Assembly (NCBI GenBank): GCA_963783375.1
Contig: CAWANH010000029.1
Coordinates: 512,001-576,000, forward strand
Length of the DNA stretch: 64,000 nucleotides
DNA from: Candidatus Eiseniibacteriota bacterium
Lineage (GTDB): Bacteria > Eisenbacteria > RBG-16-71-46 > JABDJR01
Reading direction: 5' to 3'
Part shown: piece by piece, positions 40,620 to 51,127 of the stretch
Layout of the letters: each line of letters starts with the position of its first letter
Numbering within the stretch: position 1 is the stretch's first letter
The notes under the pieces: generated by a model
The model's database searches: none
Seen by the model: the letters and a program-made list of their open reading frames with translations, nothing else
What the model was told of the DNA's origin: nothing
Position numbers and translations under genes: made by a program

Positions 40620-41477
40620 TCAGAGGCCGGGGGTCGGACCCTTGCGAGCGGAGACGTGAAGGCCCCACGCCGGGATGCGTCCGAACAGTCGGGCCTCCGC
40701 CCACACGAGGTTGTCGACCATACGGACCAGGCGGCCGCCGCCGCCGATCAGATCCCCGGTGGTGGCCGCCCCCCCCCGCTGATTGGCGCGGGCCAGATAG
40801 ATGAAGGCCCCCACGTCGGCCAGATTCCCCACGAGGTGCAGGCTGTGGCGCACCCGGAGCAACTCGAACCGCCGGCCGGTGAGTTCCTCGAGCACCCCGC
40901 GGCGGGTGAAGTGCTGGATGTGCCCGCCGAAGCGCCGTTTCAGGGCGTGCTCCCCCCGCTGGCCGGGAAGCCAGCGCCACAGGGACGAGGGATCCCCCTC
41001 GCACGGCACATGCAGGTGGAAGACGCCGCCGGGGCGAAGGACGCGGAAGATCTCATCCAGCAGGCGCTCGGGGTCGGGCACGTGCTCGAGCACGTCGACG
41101 GCGAGGACCCCGGCGAACTCCCCGTCGTCGGCGGGGATGCGATCCCCGGTGGTGAGCCGGGTCTCGACGCCCGGGTCGAGCCGCCGAAGATGCTCCAGGG
41201 CGCCGCGGCTGACGTCGGTGCCCACCCGTTCCAGCCTCGGGTGGATCCTTCCGAGCGCCCGGAGGAAGCGGCCGGCCCCGCACCCGATCTCGAGCACTTT
41301 GCCTTCTGCGGGGAGATGGGTGACCGCCTCAGACAGCCGGTACCCGGCGATGGTGCGTTCGCCGGGCCCGGTGCTCTCGGCCCCCCACATCGCCTGTTCG
41401 TAATCGAATTCGGTCACGGTCAATTGTCCTCGCATCCGCGGTTCGACCGCGCCGGTGCCGGGGGCCGCGCTGTCCAC
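40620..41477 (-). CDS. Class I SAM-dependent methyltransferase
   Basis: VLEIGCGAG, DVLEHVPDP, RVLRPGG. Confidence 0.9.
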   Translation of the reverse strand: MDSAAPGTGAVEPRMRGQLTVTEFDYEQAMWGAESTGPGERTIAGYRLSEAVTHLPAEGKVLEIGCGAGRFLRALGRIHPRLERVGTDVSRGALEHLRRLDPGVETRLTTGDRIPADDGEFAGVLAVDVLEHVPDPERLLDEIFRVLRPGGVFHLHVPCEGDPSSLWRWLPGQRGEHALKRRFGGHIQHFTRRGVLEELTGRRFELLRVRHSLHLVGNLADVGAFIYLARANQRGGAATTGDLIGGGGRLVRMVDNLVWAEARLFGRIPAWGLHVSARKGPTPGL

Positions 41478-41576
41478 GGGTCTGCTGCTCTGATAGACTT
41501 CGCCTCCGCGCTCGAGGATTCCCGGCGGTTTTCCCCGGATAATTCGCGGGATTCAACTACTGAGGGCACCAAAGAC

Positions 41577-42005
41577 GTGCAGGACCCCGGCATTCCGGCA
41601 GAAAGTGCGACCCTGGTCGCCGAAGCCCACGCGCTACATCATATCTTATTCGGCGGATCCGCCCCGGAGTCCCTCGTGGCCGCCTACGTCGACGCGCATC
41701 GGGTGTGGTGGCCGGATGCCCCTGTCGCGGGGGAAGGGGACGTCCGTCGGGCCGTAAACCTCGGCCTTGATCTCGAAGCCCTGGAGATGGTCTTCAGGCT
41801 CCGCGGACAGAACCATCCCCTGGTCCGGAAGCTCGGGATCTTCGTTGCCCTGGCCGAGGCCTTTCCCCGGTATCAACCCCGGTTCGTCGCCCATGCGTCC
41901 CGGCACTGGACGGCCGCTCTGGGGATCCTTGCCGCCCATGCGCTCCGGAGCGCAATGAAATCGGTGAAGGGCCTCTACCTCATCCGGAGGCACGGTCTTG
42001 GGTGA
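41577..42005 (+). CDS. Hypothetical protein
   Basis: Protein-like C-terminal part of ORF 37020-42005; overlaps the start of the oxidoreductase; start uncertain. Confidence 0.5.
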   Translation: MQDPGIPAESATLVAEAHALHHILFGGSAPESLVAAYVDAHRVWWPDAPVAGEGDVRRAVNLGLDLEALEMVFRLRGQNHPLVRKLGIFVALAEAFPRYQPRFVAHASRHWTAALGILAAHALRSAMKSVKGLYLIRRHGLG

Positions 42006-43587
42006 ACGGGTCCACGAGGTCATCATCGTGGGATCGGGGGCGGCCGGGGTCTTCGCCGCCCACGCCCTCAGAGGCCGGGACGTTTGCGTGGTGGACGTGG
42101 GTTCCGGACCAACCGTTTCACCTCCTCCCGGCGGCGACCTGTACGCCCTGCGCGCCCAGCGAGACATGCTCGCCGACCTGATCGGCCCTTCCTTCGAATC
42201 GATACAGAACATCGTGGGGGAGGAGCTGAGTCCGAAGCTCAAGGCCCCCCACTTCCGCTTCGTGACCCGCCGTCCCGAGGGCGCTGGGGGGATTCACTCC
42301 CGGACCTTCCGCCCCGTGGTGAGCTACGCGGAGGGAGGGTTGGCCAATGCCTGGGGAGCCCAAGTCTACCGGTACGGGGATGAGGACCTTCGCGGCTTCC
42401 CCCTCGTTGCGACGGACCTCGACCCCTACTACGACCGGGTGACCGACGTGGTCGGAATCTCGGGGACGACGGACGACCTGGCCGAGTTCCACCGGAGCGA
42501 CTACGGGCTGGACCCACCTCTGGCCCTCACCCCTCTGGCCGATTCCCTCCTCTCCCGGTACCGGTCCCGGCGGAGATACTTCCATGCCCGGGGCCTCCGG
42601 ATCGGTCGCCCGCGACTGGCCGTCCTCTCCCGCGACCGCGCCGGCCGCGCCGGCCTCGACTATCGCAACCTCGAGTTCTTCTGGCCGCGGATTCCGGCGA
42701 TCTACACCCCGGCCTACACGCTGCGCGAGATGGTCGCGGCCGGGACCTGCCGCTATCTCCCCGGCCACTTCGCCCGCCGGTTTCAGGAGACCGGGGACTC
42801 GGTGCACCTCGAGACCACGGACCTGGCCAGCGGGGAGACCGTCACCCTTCGCGCCCGGTATCTGGTTCTGGCCCTGGGCGCCCTCAATACCCCACGACTC
42901 GTGCTCCACTCGGCCGGGGACACCCGGGCCCGCCTTCCCATAGTGGAGAACCCCTGTTCGTTCACCGCGCTCCTCGCCCCCGATCACCTGGGACACCGCC
43001 TCACCACCTCGGCCTACTCGTCCCAGCTCAACTATGTGTACCGGGGCCGCCGCCATCTGCCCCCGGTGATCGGCATGCTCTACGGAGTGGAGGGGCTCCT
43101 TCGATCCGATCTCCTGTTCAACTTTCCCCTGGCCATGCGCGGGTGTCTGGCCGCGGCCAGGCTGGCCCTCCCCGCGATGCTGCTCCTCCAGGTATTCTAC
43201 GACGGTGAACCGAACCCCGGGAACGTGCTGGGGGTGGATGCCGCGGGAAACCTGACGGTGGAGCACGTTCCTCACACCGTGGAGGAGGTTGAAAGCCGCC
43301 TCCTGGCCGCGTTCCGGCGGATCGGCTTTTTTGGGGCGGGGCGCATGGTGCGGCGCCTGGAGCCGGGACAGAGCATTCACTACGGAGGGTCCCTCCCGAT
43401 GCGGGAGACCCCGCGGGAACCCTACGAAACGCACGTCGACGGGCGCCTGACCGGAGCGCGTCGCGTACTCGTCACCGACTCCAGCGTGTTTCCCCGCCTT
43501 CCGGCCAAGAACCTCACCTTCACCATCATGGCCAACGCCGCCCGGGTGGGCGACGGGCTCCGGGCCCGCCTGGAGGCTGGGGAGTGA
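41998..43587 (+). CDS. FAD-dependent GMC-family oxidoreductase
   Basis: IIVGSGAAG, GGLANAWG, LALGALNTPRL, HYGGSLPM, DSSVFP...TFTIMANA. Confidence 0.8.
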   Translation: MGERVHEVIIVGSGAAGVFAAHALRGRDVCVVDVGSGPTVSPPPGGDLYALRAQRDMLADLIGPSFESIQNIVGEELSPKLKAPHFRFVTRRPEGAGGIHSRTFRPVVSYAEGGLANAWGAQVYRYGDEDLRGFPLVATDLDPYYDRVTDVVGISGTTDDLAEFHRSDYGLDPPLALTPLADSLLSRYRSRRRYFHARGLRIGRPRLAVLSRDRAGRAGLDYRNLEFFWPRIPAIYTPAYTLREMVAAGTCRYLPGHFARRFQETGDSVHLETTDLASGETVTLRARYLVLALGALNTPRLVLHSAGDTRARLPIVENPCSFTALLAPDHLGHRLTTSAYSSQLNYVYRGRRHLPPVIGMLYGVEGLLRSDLLFNFPLAMRGCLAAARLALPAMLLLQVFYDGEPNPGNVLGVDAAGNLTVEHVPHTVEEVESRLLAAFRRIGFFGAGRMVRRLEPGQSIHYGGSLPMRETPREPYETHVDGRLTGARRVLVTDSSVFPRLPAKNLTFTIMANAARVGDGLRARLEAGE

Positions 43588-44473
43588 CCGTGTTCATCAC
43601 CGGCATCGCCGGGTTCCTTGGACGCGCGCTGGCGCTCCACCTGATCGCGAGGGGGGAAGCGGTCCGTGGCTCATCCCGCTCCCCCACCCCACCAGACCTC
43701 TCTGCCGTGGCGGAGATTCGCCGCCACCGATTCGGCGATGCCGTGGGCCCGTCCTTCTTCTCCGGGGTGGACGTGGTCGTCCACTGCGCCCACGATTCCG
43801 CCCCGGGCGGGGGGGAAGCCACCCTGCTCGGAACTCGGGCCCTCTTGCGGGCGGCCGAAGCCGCCGGGGTGGGCCGGCAGGTCTACGTCACTCGCTGGCC
43901 GCCCGCCCCGACGCGATCACCGAGTACGGACGCACCAAGCACCGCCTTGAGGAAGAGTTTCTCGGGGCCGGGCACCCGGTCGTGCGCCCTGGGACCATTC
44001 TTGGGCCGGGCGGCCTCTTCGGCCGCATCGCGCGGACGGTGCTGGAGCGGCCACTGGTCCTCCTCGTGGACGGCGGGCGGGGACGGATGATCGTGGTGGG
44101 GACACGGGACGTCTGTTGCGCGCTCGAGGTGGTGGCCCGGGGAACCGCGGCCGGCGTCCACAACCTGTACGTCCCCGGGACGATCACCATGCGGGAAGTT
44201 CTCACGCTGTTGGCCGAGATTCGCGGACGCCGCCCGCACTTCCTGAGCGTCCCCTCCGGACTCCTGCTGCCGGTGCTCGCCACCGCCGAGAGGCTGGGGT
44301 TCCGCATGCCCGTGACCTCCGAGAACCTCCGAGGCTACAGGGTCAGCCAGACCGGGATCGGGAACACGCACCTCCCTGAGCTGGTCCGGACTATCGTCCG
44401 TTGCGCGAGGCGCTACGGGAGTCCTTCGCGGCGTCGGACGGTGAGCCGGGCCTGGGGAGGTAACGATTGCTGA
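43584..44473 (+). CDS. NAD-dependent epimerase/atypical SDR (frameshift near 43891)
   Basis: TGIAGFLG, VVHCAHD; after the shift EYGRTK and RPGTILGPGG. Confidence 0.75.
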
Positions 44474-45677
44474 CCAGCCCCGCGTAATACTCGGGGCGCG
44501 TGAAGTCGGGAACGCCGCCCTCGGGGAGGGCCGGGGCCGTAACTCCAAGCAGTGAGCAACAAGCGTCCAGTACCCGGCGAACGGAGAGACTCTTGAGGCA
44601 CTGGTTGTCCCCCCCGCATGGGATGGGTTCCCAGTGATGGATGCAGGGGGAGCAGAAGAAATCCTCAGAGAGCGCCACCGCGTCTGTTCTCCCCTTCGGG
44701 AAGTACGTGCTGGCCCGGGTGGGTCCGAAGATGCCGATCAGAGGGACTCCGGTCGATAGGGCGAGGTGGAGGGGCGCGGTGTCGTTGGAGACGACCAACC
44801 GGGCGTTGGCCAGGAGCCGCACCGTCTGGCGAAGATCCAGGGTTCCGGAGAGGTCGGTCAGTCGGGGATGCGCAGGTATCCGGCCACTCTCCCGGACCTC
44901 CGCCTCGCCATGGCCGATGAGGACGGCGGTGAGGTCCGGGCAGTGATCCAGAAGGGCCCGGATCAGGACCTCGAAGTACTCCCGCGGCCATCGTCTTTCC
45001 AGCGACAATTCGCCGGCGTGGATGTTGACGACAACGTAGGGTGGCTGCGCCTCCGGGAGCGGGTCCGGATTGAAGCGATACGGGCCGTAGATCGAGGTGT
45101 CGGCGATCTCCGATCCCGGCATGGCCAGACCGATCAGCTTGGCGTACGCCTCCCCGAGATATCGGTACCGATTGAAGTAGATCAGATGGGTGTGGGTCCA
45201 TTGCCGGTGCTTTATGGTGTCGATGGCGAAACCCGCCCGGTTCCGCGGGCAACTCACCGTCATGAGAATGGACGAGAGCTTGGAGTACACCTCCAGGTCG
45301 AAGGCCCAGTCGGGACGATGCCGCCAATGATGGAAGAGGCCTCCGGCGACCGAGGCCAGGGCGCGTAGAAGGTTCCGGTCGTCGAGCAGGACGAACTCGT
45401 CGAATTCCGGCATTTCCCGGGCCAGGATGACCGTGCCAGGGCTGCCCCAGAACACCAGGCGGGCCCGGGGGTAGGCCCGTCGGAGGGCGACCAGGGCCGG
45501 CTTGGCGAGAACCAGGGAGCCCATCCCCTGGAACTTGAGCACCAGCACGCGCTCCACCGGCTCCACCCGGTGACTTCGTCGCAACAGGAGCCCGAGCAGG
45601 AGCGCGGCGTAGTTGAGAACGAAGAGGATCGGGTACCCGGCGAACTCGTCGATCTTCCGTTTCGTCTGCAGTCGCAT
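44391..45677 (-). CDS. Glycosyltransferase family 9 (heptosyltransferase-like)
   Basis: KFQGMGSLVL, RRWP, VSNDTAPLHLA, GIFGPT, CSPC...CL. Confidence 0.85.
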   Translation of the reverse strand: MRLQTKRKIDEFAGYPILFVLNYAALLLGLLLRRSHRVEPVERVLVLKFQGMGSLVLAKPALVALRRAYPRARLVFWGSPGTVILAREMPEFDEFVLLDDRNLLRALASVAGGLFHHWRHRPDWAFDLEVYSKLSSILMTVSCPRNRAGFAIDTIKHRQWTHTHLIYFNRYRYLGEAYAKLIGLAMPGSEIADTSIYGPYRFNPDPLPEAQPPYVVVNIHAGELSLERRWPREYFEVLIRALLDHCPDLTAVLIGHGEAEVRESGRIPAHPRLTDLSGTLDLRQTVRLLANARLVVSNDTAPLHLALSTGVPLIGIFGPTRASTYFPKGRTDAVALSEDFFCSPCIHHWEPIPCGGDNQCLKSLSVRRVLDACCSLLGVTAPALPEGGVPDFTRPEYYAGLVSNRYLPRPGSPSDAAKDSRSASRNGR

Positions 45678-45683
45678 GATCGG

Positions 45684-46990
45684 TCAGGTCGTCGCCGCGC
45701 GTTCGCGGACGTGGAGCGTGGCGACGAGGGCGTATAGAACCCAGGTCCCGGCCAACGGAAGGGCGGCCAGGATCGGGGCCAGAGGGTTGTGCCAGAATCC
45801 GGTGGGCATGCGGTTGTAGAGGTAGAGCGACAGGAGCCCCCCCCACGCCACCAACCAGGGCCAGACCAGTCGCCCCGCCCGGTTGCTCGTCTGGGCCAGG
45901 AGATAGGCGGCGGCCACGGTGAACGGAACAGCCAGGACGACGAGATGGTGGGTCCAGGTGAACGGGGACACGGTGAACACCCACGGCACCATCAGGGAGA
46001 AGGCCAAGGGCGGGAGCCAGGGGGAGGAGCCCCTGCGCCCCCGGTGTAGCAGGAGGACGGTCACCGCCAGCAAGCCAAGGGTAAAGATCCGCGAGATCCA
46101 GGCCACCAGGGGGGGGATGACCACCAGGGTCAGATCCCCTGGATTGAGGGGCTCGATCCATCGCAGGAGGACGGCGGCAAGGGATTGGTTGGTCAGACGC
46201 TCGGTGGTGTACGGGCCGTACTGTAGCATCAGGTGGAAGTAGCGGACGTGCACTGCGGGCCCGAGCACGAGAACGCTCACCGCAAGGAGACCCGCCCCCG
46301 CGATCGCCCCGGCGACCAGCAACCTCCAGCGCCGGAGGGCGAGAAGCGGCAGGGCAAAGAGCACCGGGAAGACCTTGATGCCGGCGATCAGCGCCCACCA
46401 CAAGCCGGCCTCGGCGGCGCGGTGACGGGAAAACGCGCTGGCGAAGAGCACCAAAAGGAAGAAGATCGCGATGCTGGTCTGCCCCGCCTCCAACCCCTGG
46501 ATGAACATGTATGACGGGCAGAGAAAGAGAAATACCACGGCCACCGCCGCTGCCCCAAAGGCGGGAAGGGACCTTGCCAGGAGGATCAAACCCGCCACGA
46601 CCAGGATCCAGTTGAGGACGTAGAGGAGGACCAGGCCCTGATACGGCGTGAACAAGGTGAGGGGAACGGCGAAGATGGCGACCCAGGGGGGATAGACGAA
46701 GTAGCTGAACCGGGTGAGCCCACGCTCGGCGGCCAACTTCCCGAGGCGGCTTTCCGGAAACGTAGGCGTAGTGAGGCCGGTGACGAGATCGGTGAAGTAG
46801 AGCGCGTCCGGTTCGTGGTGGGTGACGGCTAGGCCGGCGGCGTAATACTGGCCGAAGTCGGGGGGACGGGATGGCTGGGACCCGGAAAGGAACGAACGAA
46901 CACCAGCGTCGCCTGTACCACCAAGAGTCCGGCCACGAGGAGGTACAGGACACGACGCTGCGGCGCGGGGGGAAATGAACGGAACGTCAT
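45684..46990 (-). CDS. Glycosyltransferase family 87 (GT-C, DUF2029-like); likely homopolymer frameshift at 46860-46865
   Basis: DFGQYY, FVYPP, GQTS, IKVFP, NQSL, SPFTWTHH; an ATG at 46990 gives an N-terminal TM (VLYLLVAGLLVV) in a shifted frame. Confidence 0.8.
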
Positions 46991-47094
46991 GATAGGTGGC
47001 GGCCCTCGCCCGGGGGTTCACCCCTACCGGAGCAGTTCATAGGGGGGGGAGAATAGCACGCGCCCGCGGTGGCGGACAACGCGGTCGGCGGCGG

Positions 47095-48297
47095 TCAGCC
47101 CTCCCGCACCTCCAGCCCCAATGCCCCCGCGTACCGCGCCACCGCGGTCCGAACCGCCTCGGCGTCGGCGGCCGGCCGCGCCCCGGCGCCCGATTCGTAC
47201 CGGCACGAGAGCACCCGCAACCAACCCGCGTCCCGCTCCGCCTTGAGATCCACCCGCGCCACCAGCCGCTCCCCGGCCAGGACCGGCAGGCAGTAGTAGC
47301 CGTAGGTGCGCTTCGCCGCCGGCTTGAAGATCTCGAGCATCTGCTCGAAGCCGAAGAGACGCTGCACGCGCTTCCGGTCCCAGAGAACCGGATCGAAGGG
47401 CGAGAGCAAGACCCCGCGGTCCCGGCGGGGACGAACCGGGCGGAGCCGCCCGGCCAGTTCCAGGTCCCCGGGCCGGATCCACCCCTTGACCCGCCGCCCG
47501 GCATCGTTCAGGGCGCAGGGGACGACCTCCCCCGCGGTGGCCATCTCCGCCAGCGCCCGCTCCACCCCGGCGCGATGGCGCATGAGCCGGAAGGTCTGTA
47601 CGATGGCGCCGGTCTCCGCCCAGCCGTGGCCGTCCAGGGCTTTCAGGACCAGGGTCCGGAGCGCCGCCTTCTCCCCCACCCGCTCCCGGCGCAGCGCCTC
47701 GGGGATCACCCGTTCGGCGAGGTCGTAGGCGCGCTGGAAATTTCGCCGCTCGCGGACCGCCAGCTCCCCCGAGGACCAGAGCGCCACCGCGACCTTCTTC
47801 GCCGGGCGGTGCCCCCACCAGGGACCGTGATCCGTTCCTTCGAGATCGGTGGAGCGGAGCGGGCCGTCGTTGCGGACCCGGCGCAGCAGCTCCCGGGCCA
47901 GGTCCCGGTGCTCGACCAGGATGTCCCCCCACCAGGGGTGCTTCCGGAAGCGCTTCCGGCGGAAGGCGAAGACCGGGTAGAGATCCAGGGGAAGCCAGGA
48001 CGCCTCGTGTCCCCAGTATTCGAAGAGCGGCTCGCCGGGTTGAAGGAGGCTCTCCCCCAGTTCCGGAGCGAATCCCGGAAGGCGCGACAGCAAGACGATG
48101 GCGTGGCTCCGCGCCCCCGCCACCGAGACGGTGTCGAGCTGGAGGTAGCCGAAGCGGCCGATCACCGCGTGGGCGGCCGCCCGCGCCCGCCGCTCGCCGC
48201 GGCCCGCGGAAACCGGAAAGCCCGACCACTCCGGCTTCAGGAGGCCGGCCCGGGCCAGGGCCAGCCGCCGGGCCCCGGGAACGTCGAGGGTCTCCAT
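47095..48297 (-). CDS. YcaQ/AlkZ-family winged-helix DNA glycosylase (crosslink repair)
   Basis: LQLDTVSV, FEYWGHEAS, LLSPFDP, EIFKPAAKRTYGYYCLP. Confidence 0.85.
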   Translation of the reverse strand: METLDVPGARRLALARAGLLKPEWSGFPVSAGRGERRARAAAHAVIGRFGYLQLDTVSVAGARSHAIVLLSRLPGFAPELGESLLQPGEPLFEYWGHEASWLPLDLYPVFAFRRKRFRKHPWWGDILVEHRDLARELLRRVRNDGPLRSTDLEGTDHGPWWGHRPAKKVAVALWSSGELAVRERRNFQRAYDLAERVIPEALRRERVGEKAALRTLVLKALDGHGWAETGAIVQTFRLMRHRAGVERALAEMATAGEVVPCALNDAGRRVKGWIRPGDLELAGRLRPVRPRRDRGVLLSPFDPVLWDRKRVQRLFGFEQMLEIFKPAAKRTYGYYCLPVLAGERLVARVDLKAERDAGWLRVLSCRYESGAGARPAADAEAVRTAVARYAGALGLEVREG

Positions 48298-48298
48298 C

Positions 48299-48820
48299 CT
48301 ATTCGGCGTCGTAGATCACCAGGCTCATGACCGGCCGGCCCGGAAGCTCCTTCCGCCCGTTCAGGAATCCCAGCTCCACCACGAAGGCCAGCCCGGCCAC
48401 CTCGGCCCCCAGCCGCTCCACCAGGCGCACCGCCGCGCCCGCCGTCCCCCCGGTGGCCAGGAGATCGTCCACCACCAGGACCTTGTCCCGGGGACCCAGG
48501 GCATCCTCGTGGATCTCCAGGGTCGCCTCGCCGTACTCCAGCTCGTAGGACTCGGCGAACCGCTTGGACGGAAGCTTCCCTTCCTTCCGGATGGGGACGA
48601 ATCCCACCCCGAGCCGGCGAGCCACCGCGATCCCGAAGATGAAACCTCGGCTCTCGATCCCGGCCACCGCGGTGATCCCCTCCCCGGCGAACGGCTCGGT
48701 GAGGCGGTCCTCGGCCCAGGCGAAGGCCTTGGGATCTCGGAGGAGCGGCGTGATGTCCCGGAACACGATCCCGGGTTTGGGAAAATCGGGGACGCTCCGG
48801 ATGAACTGCTTCAGATCCAT
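48299..48820 (-). CDS. apt: Adenine phosphoribosyltransferase
   Basis: [35 protein letters not shown]. Confidence 0.95.
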   Translation of the reverse strand: MDLKQFIRSVPDFPKPGIVFRDITPLLRDPKAFAWAEDRLTEPFAGEGITAVAGIESRGFIFGIAVARRLGVGFVPIRKEGKLPSKRFAESYELEYGEATLEIHEDALGPRDKVLVVDDLLATGGTAGAAVRLVERLGAEVAGLAFVVELGFLNGRKELPGRPVMSLVIYDAE

Positions 48821-48851
48821 GAAACCCCTCCTCACCGCCGGCCCCGCCGGC

Positions 48852-49916
48852 TCACGCAATGTCGTTCAGCTTGACGCCCTTTTCCGAAAGTTCGATGAAC
48901 CGCTTCATCCGCATGAGCGCCGCCTTCTCGATCTGGCGGATGCGCTCCCGGCTCACCCCCAGATGCTCCCCGGTCTTGGCCAGCGATTGGGCGGTCCCGT
49001 CGTCGAACCCGTAGCGAATCCTGAGCACCAGCTCCTCCCGCTCCGAGAGCTTCCCCAGGAGCCGGTTCAGCCGTTCGCGCTCCAGGAGCCGCTCGATGTA
49101 CTGCTCGAAACCCGCCGGCGGCTCCGCCATCTCGGTCTCGGCCAGGCTCCCCATGGCGTCCCAGGAACTCTCGTAGTCCAGGTTCTTGATGCTCCGGATG
49201 AGCTGGCGCACCTTGGCGAGCCGCTTGACCGGCTCCCCCATGTCCTTCGCCACCTCGGCCATGGTGGGAAGATGCCCGGTGCGATGGCGGAGCCGCGCTT
49301 CCACCGCCAGGTAGCGGTTCACGAGCTGCATGACGTGGAAGGGAATCCGCACCGTCCGGGACTGGTTGGCCACCCCCCGGGCCAGGGCCTGCTTGATCCA
49401 CCAGGAGCCGTAGGTCGAGAACCGGAAGCCGCGGGCGTAGTCGAAGCGGTCCACCGCGGCGATGAGCCCCAGGTTCCCCTCCTCGATGAGGTCCTCGAAA
49501 GGCACCCCCCGGCCCCCGTAGCTCCGGGCGATCTTCACCACGAGGCGGAGGTTCGAGACGATGAGCTTCTTCCGGGCCTCGAACCGGTTGTGGGGGGTGG
49601 ACCCCTCGCGCATCTCCCGCCCGTAGCGCTGCTCTTCCTCGGCGGTGAGGAGCGGGTGGCGACCGAGGTCGCGAAGATAGATCTGGAGGGAATCGAGCTC
49701 CGCGCCGGACGGCTCCGTCTTGGCCGGGCGGGCGTCCTCCTCGATCTCGAGTCCCAGTTGCCGGGTCACGTCGAGGAACAGGTCGAACGCGGTCTCGTCG
49801 AACTCCTTGTGATCGAGAAGGCCGTCGATCTCGCTCTGAAGGATGTGCCCGCGTTTCGTTCCCGCCTGAAGGATGCGATGGGTGCGGTCGGCGAAGGTCT
49901 CGATGGGTTCGGGCAT
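48852..49916 (-). CDS. Sigma-70 family (RpoD/RpoS-like) sigma factor
   Basis: [48 protein letters not shown]; surE-pcm...apt context. Confidence 0.9.
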   Translation of the reverse strand: MPEPIETFADRTHRILQAGTKRGHILQSEIDGLLDHKEFDETAFDLFLDVTRQLGLEIEEDARPAKTEPSGAELDSLQIYLRDLGRHPLLTAEEEQRYGREMREGSTPHNRFEARKKLIVSNLRLVVKIARSYGGRGVPFEDLIEEGNLGLIAAVDRFDYARGFRFSTYGSWWIKQALARGVANQSRTVRIPFHVMQLVNRYLAVEARLRHRTGHLPTMAEVAKDMGEPVKRLAKVRQLIRSIKNLDYESSWDAMGSLAETEMAEPPAGFEQYIERLLERERLNRLLGKLSEREELVLRIRYGFDDGTAQSLAKTGEHLGVSRERIRQIEKAALMRMKRFIELSEKGVKLNDIA

Positions 49917-49928
49917 CGCTCTCCTTCC

Positions 49929-50210
49929 TCAGCCGGTGATGGTGAACCCGGCGGTGGGGGGATCGTCGGAACGCTCCCACTCCTCCTCCACCCGGTCCAC
50001 CCGCGCCCCTTCCGGTCCCCGCTGGAGCCACTCCAGAAACTCCCGCAACCGGTCCTCCGGGCCCTCGGCCCGGGTCTCCACGCTGCCGTCGGGGAGGTTC
50101 CGCACCCAACCGCCCAGCCCCCGTCGCGCGGCCTCACGCCGGGCCGAGGCGCGGAAGAACACCCCCTGGACGTGGCCGTGGATGGTGGCGTGGAGCACGG
50201 TGGTGTACAT
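49929..50210 (-). CDS. acyP: Acylphosphatase
   Basis: [21 protein letters not shown]. Confidence 0.92.
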   Translation of the reverse strand: MYTTVLHATIHGHVQGVFFRASARREAARRGLGGWVRNLPDGSVETRAEGPEDRLREFLEWLQRGPEGARVDRVEEEWERSDDPPTAGFTITG

Positions 50211-50372
50211 GGCGTTCCTGGTTCGCGCGGGGCGGGATCCCGCTCCCGCCGTGCGGCTCGACGCACCAGACTAGCGCGGAACGCGGCCCGATGGGATTCG
50301 AAAGTGACCGCCCGGGGGGCCGGCTCGGCCCGCGCCCGGGAGCCCGGAGACCCCCCCGCGGGGGGATGAAAA

Positions 50373-50449
<77 letters not shown>

Positions 50450-50598
50450 ACCTCAAGAAACCCGTTCTCGCGCCCTGCGCCTCCGGGGGAATGGACGGCC
50501 GGACACGAGAGCCGATAACTATAGGGATCGCCCCTCGTTCCCGCAAGCCCTCTCCGCTCCCTGGGGCGGAATTCAGCGATAGACCGGCCCGACCGCCC

Positions 50599-51102
50599 CT
50601 ACCGCCCCCCGAGTAGGCCTCCCAGCCCGACCACCCCGGTCACGGCCAGGGTGACCACCACCCCGGCCAGGAGCACCCCGGCCACGATGGCGGGAAATGA
50701 CCGGTGAAAGCGAATCCCCAGGAGGAAGGCCAGGGCCGCCCCCGTCCACGCCCCGGTCACCGGGAGGGGCACGGCCACGAACAGGGCCAGCCCCCAGGGG
50801 CCGTACCGGTCCACCGGGCCGCTCTTCTTCCGGGTGCGCGCGAAGAGCCACTCGAAGAACCGCCCGAAGCCGGGAAGATGGCTGAGCCAGCGGGAGAGCG
50901 GACCCAGGAAGAGCAGGATGGGAATCACCGGCACCAGGTTTCCGGCCACCGCAAAGACGTAGGCGGTGGTCCAGGGGAGCCCGGCCACCCCGATGGCGTA
51001 GGGGATGGCCCCCCGGAGCTCCACGATGGGGAACATGGAGATGACGAAGGTGGTCCACTCCGGCGGGAGGAACTGGAAGGCATGGATGACCGCTTCCCTC
51101 AC
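50599..51102 (-). CDS. Small multidrug-export-family membrane protein (COG2426-like)
   Basis: PIVELRGAIP, LFVAVPLPVTGAWTG. Confidence 0.85.
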   Translation of the reverse strand: MREAVIHAFQFLPPEWTTFVISMFPIVELRGAIPYAIGVAGLPWTTAYVFAVAGNLVPVIPILLFLGPLSRWLSHLPGFGRFFEWLFARTRKKSGPVDRYGPWGLALFVAVPLPVTGAWTGAALAFLLGIRFHRSFPAIVAGVLLAGVVVTLAVTGVVGLGGLLGGR

Positions 51103-51127
51103 CGGCTGGCTCCCGCCGGCCCGCGGC

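Noticed and set aside
37020-42005. 1661-aa giant ORF
   Set aside because: It is a mosaic of frameshifted GT4 and membrane-protein segments, antisense methyltransferase and a small gene; high GC suppresses stop codons.
33564-47050. tRNA-integrated genomic island
   Set aside because: The glycan locus lies upstream (5') of tRNA-Arg(CCT), and I saw no integrase or duplicated tRNA 3' end.
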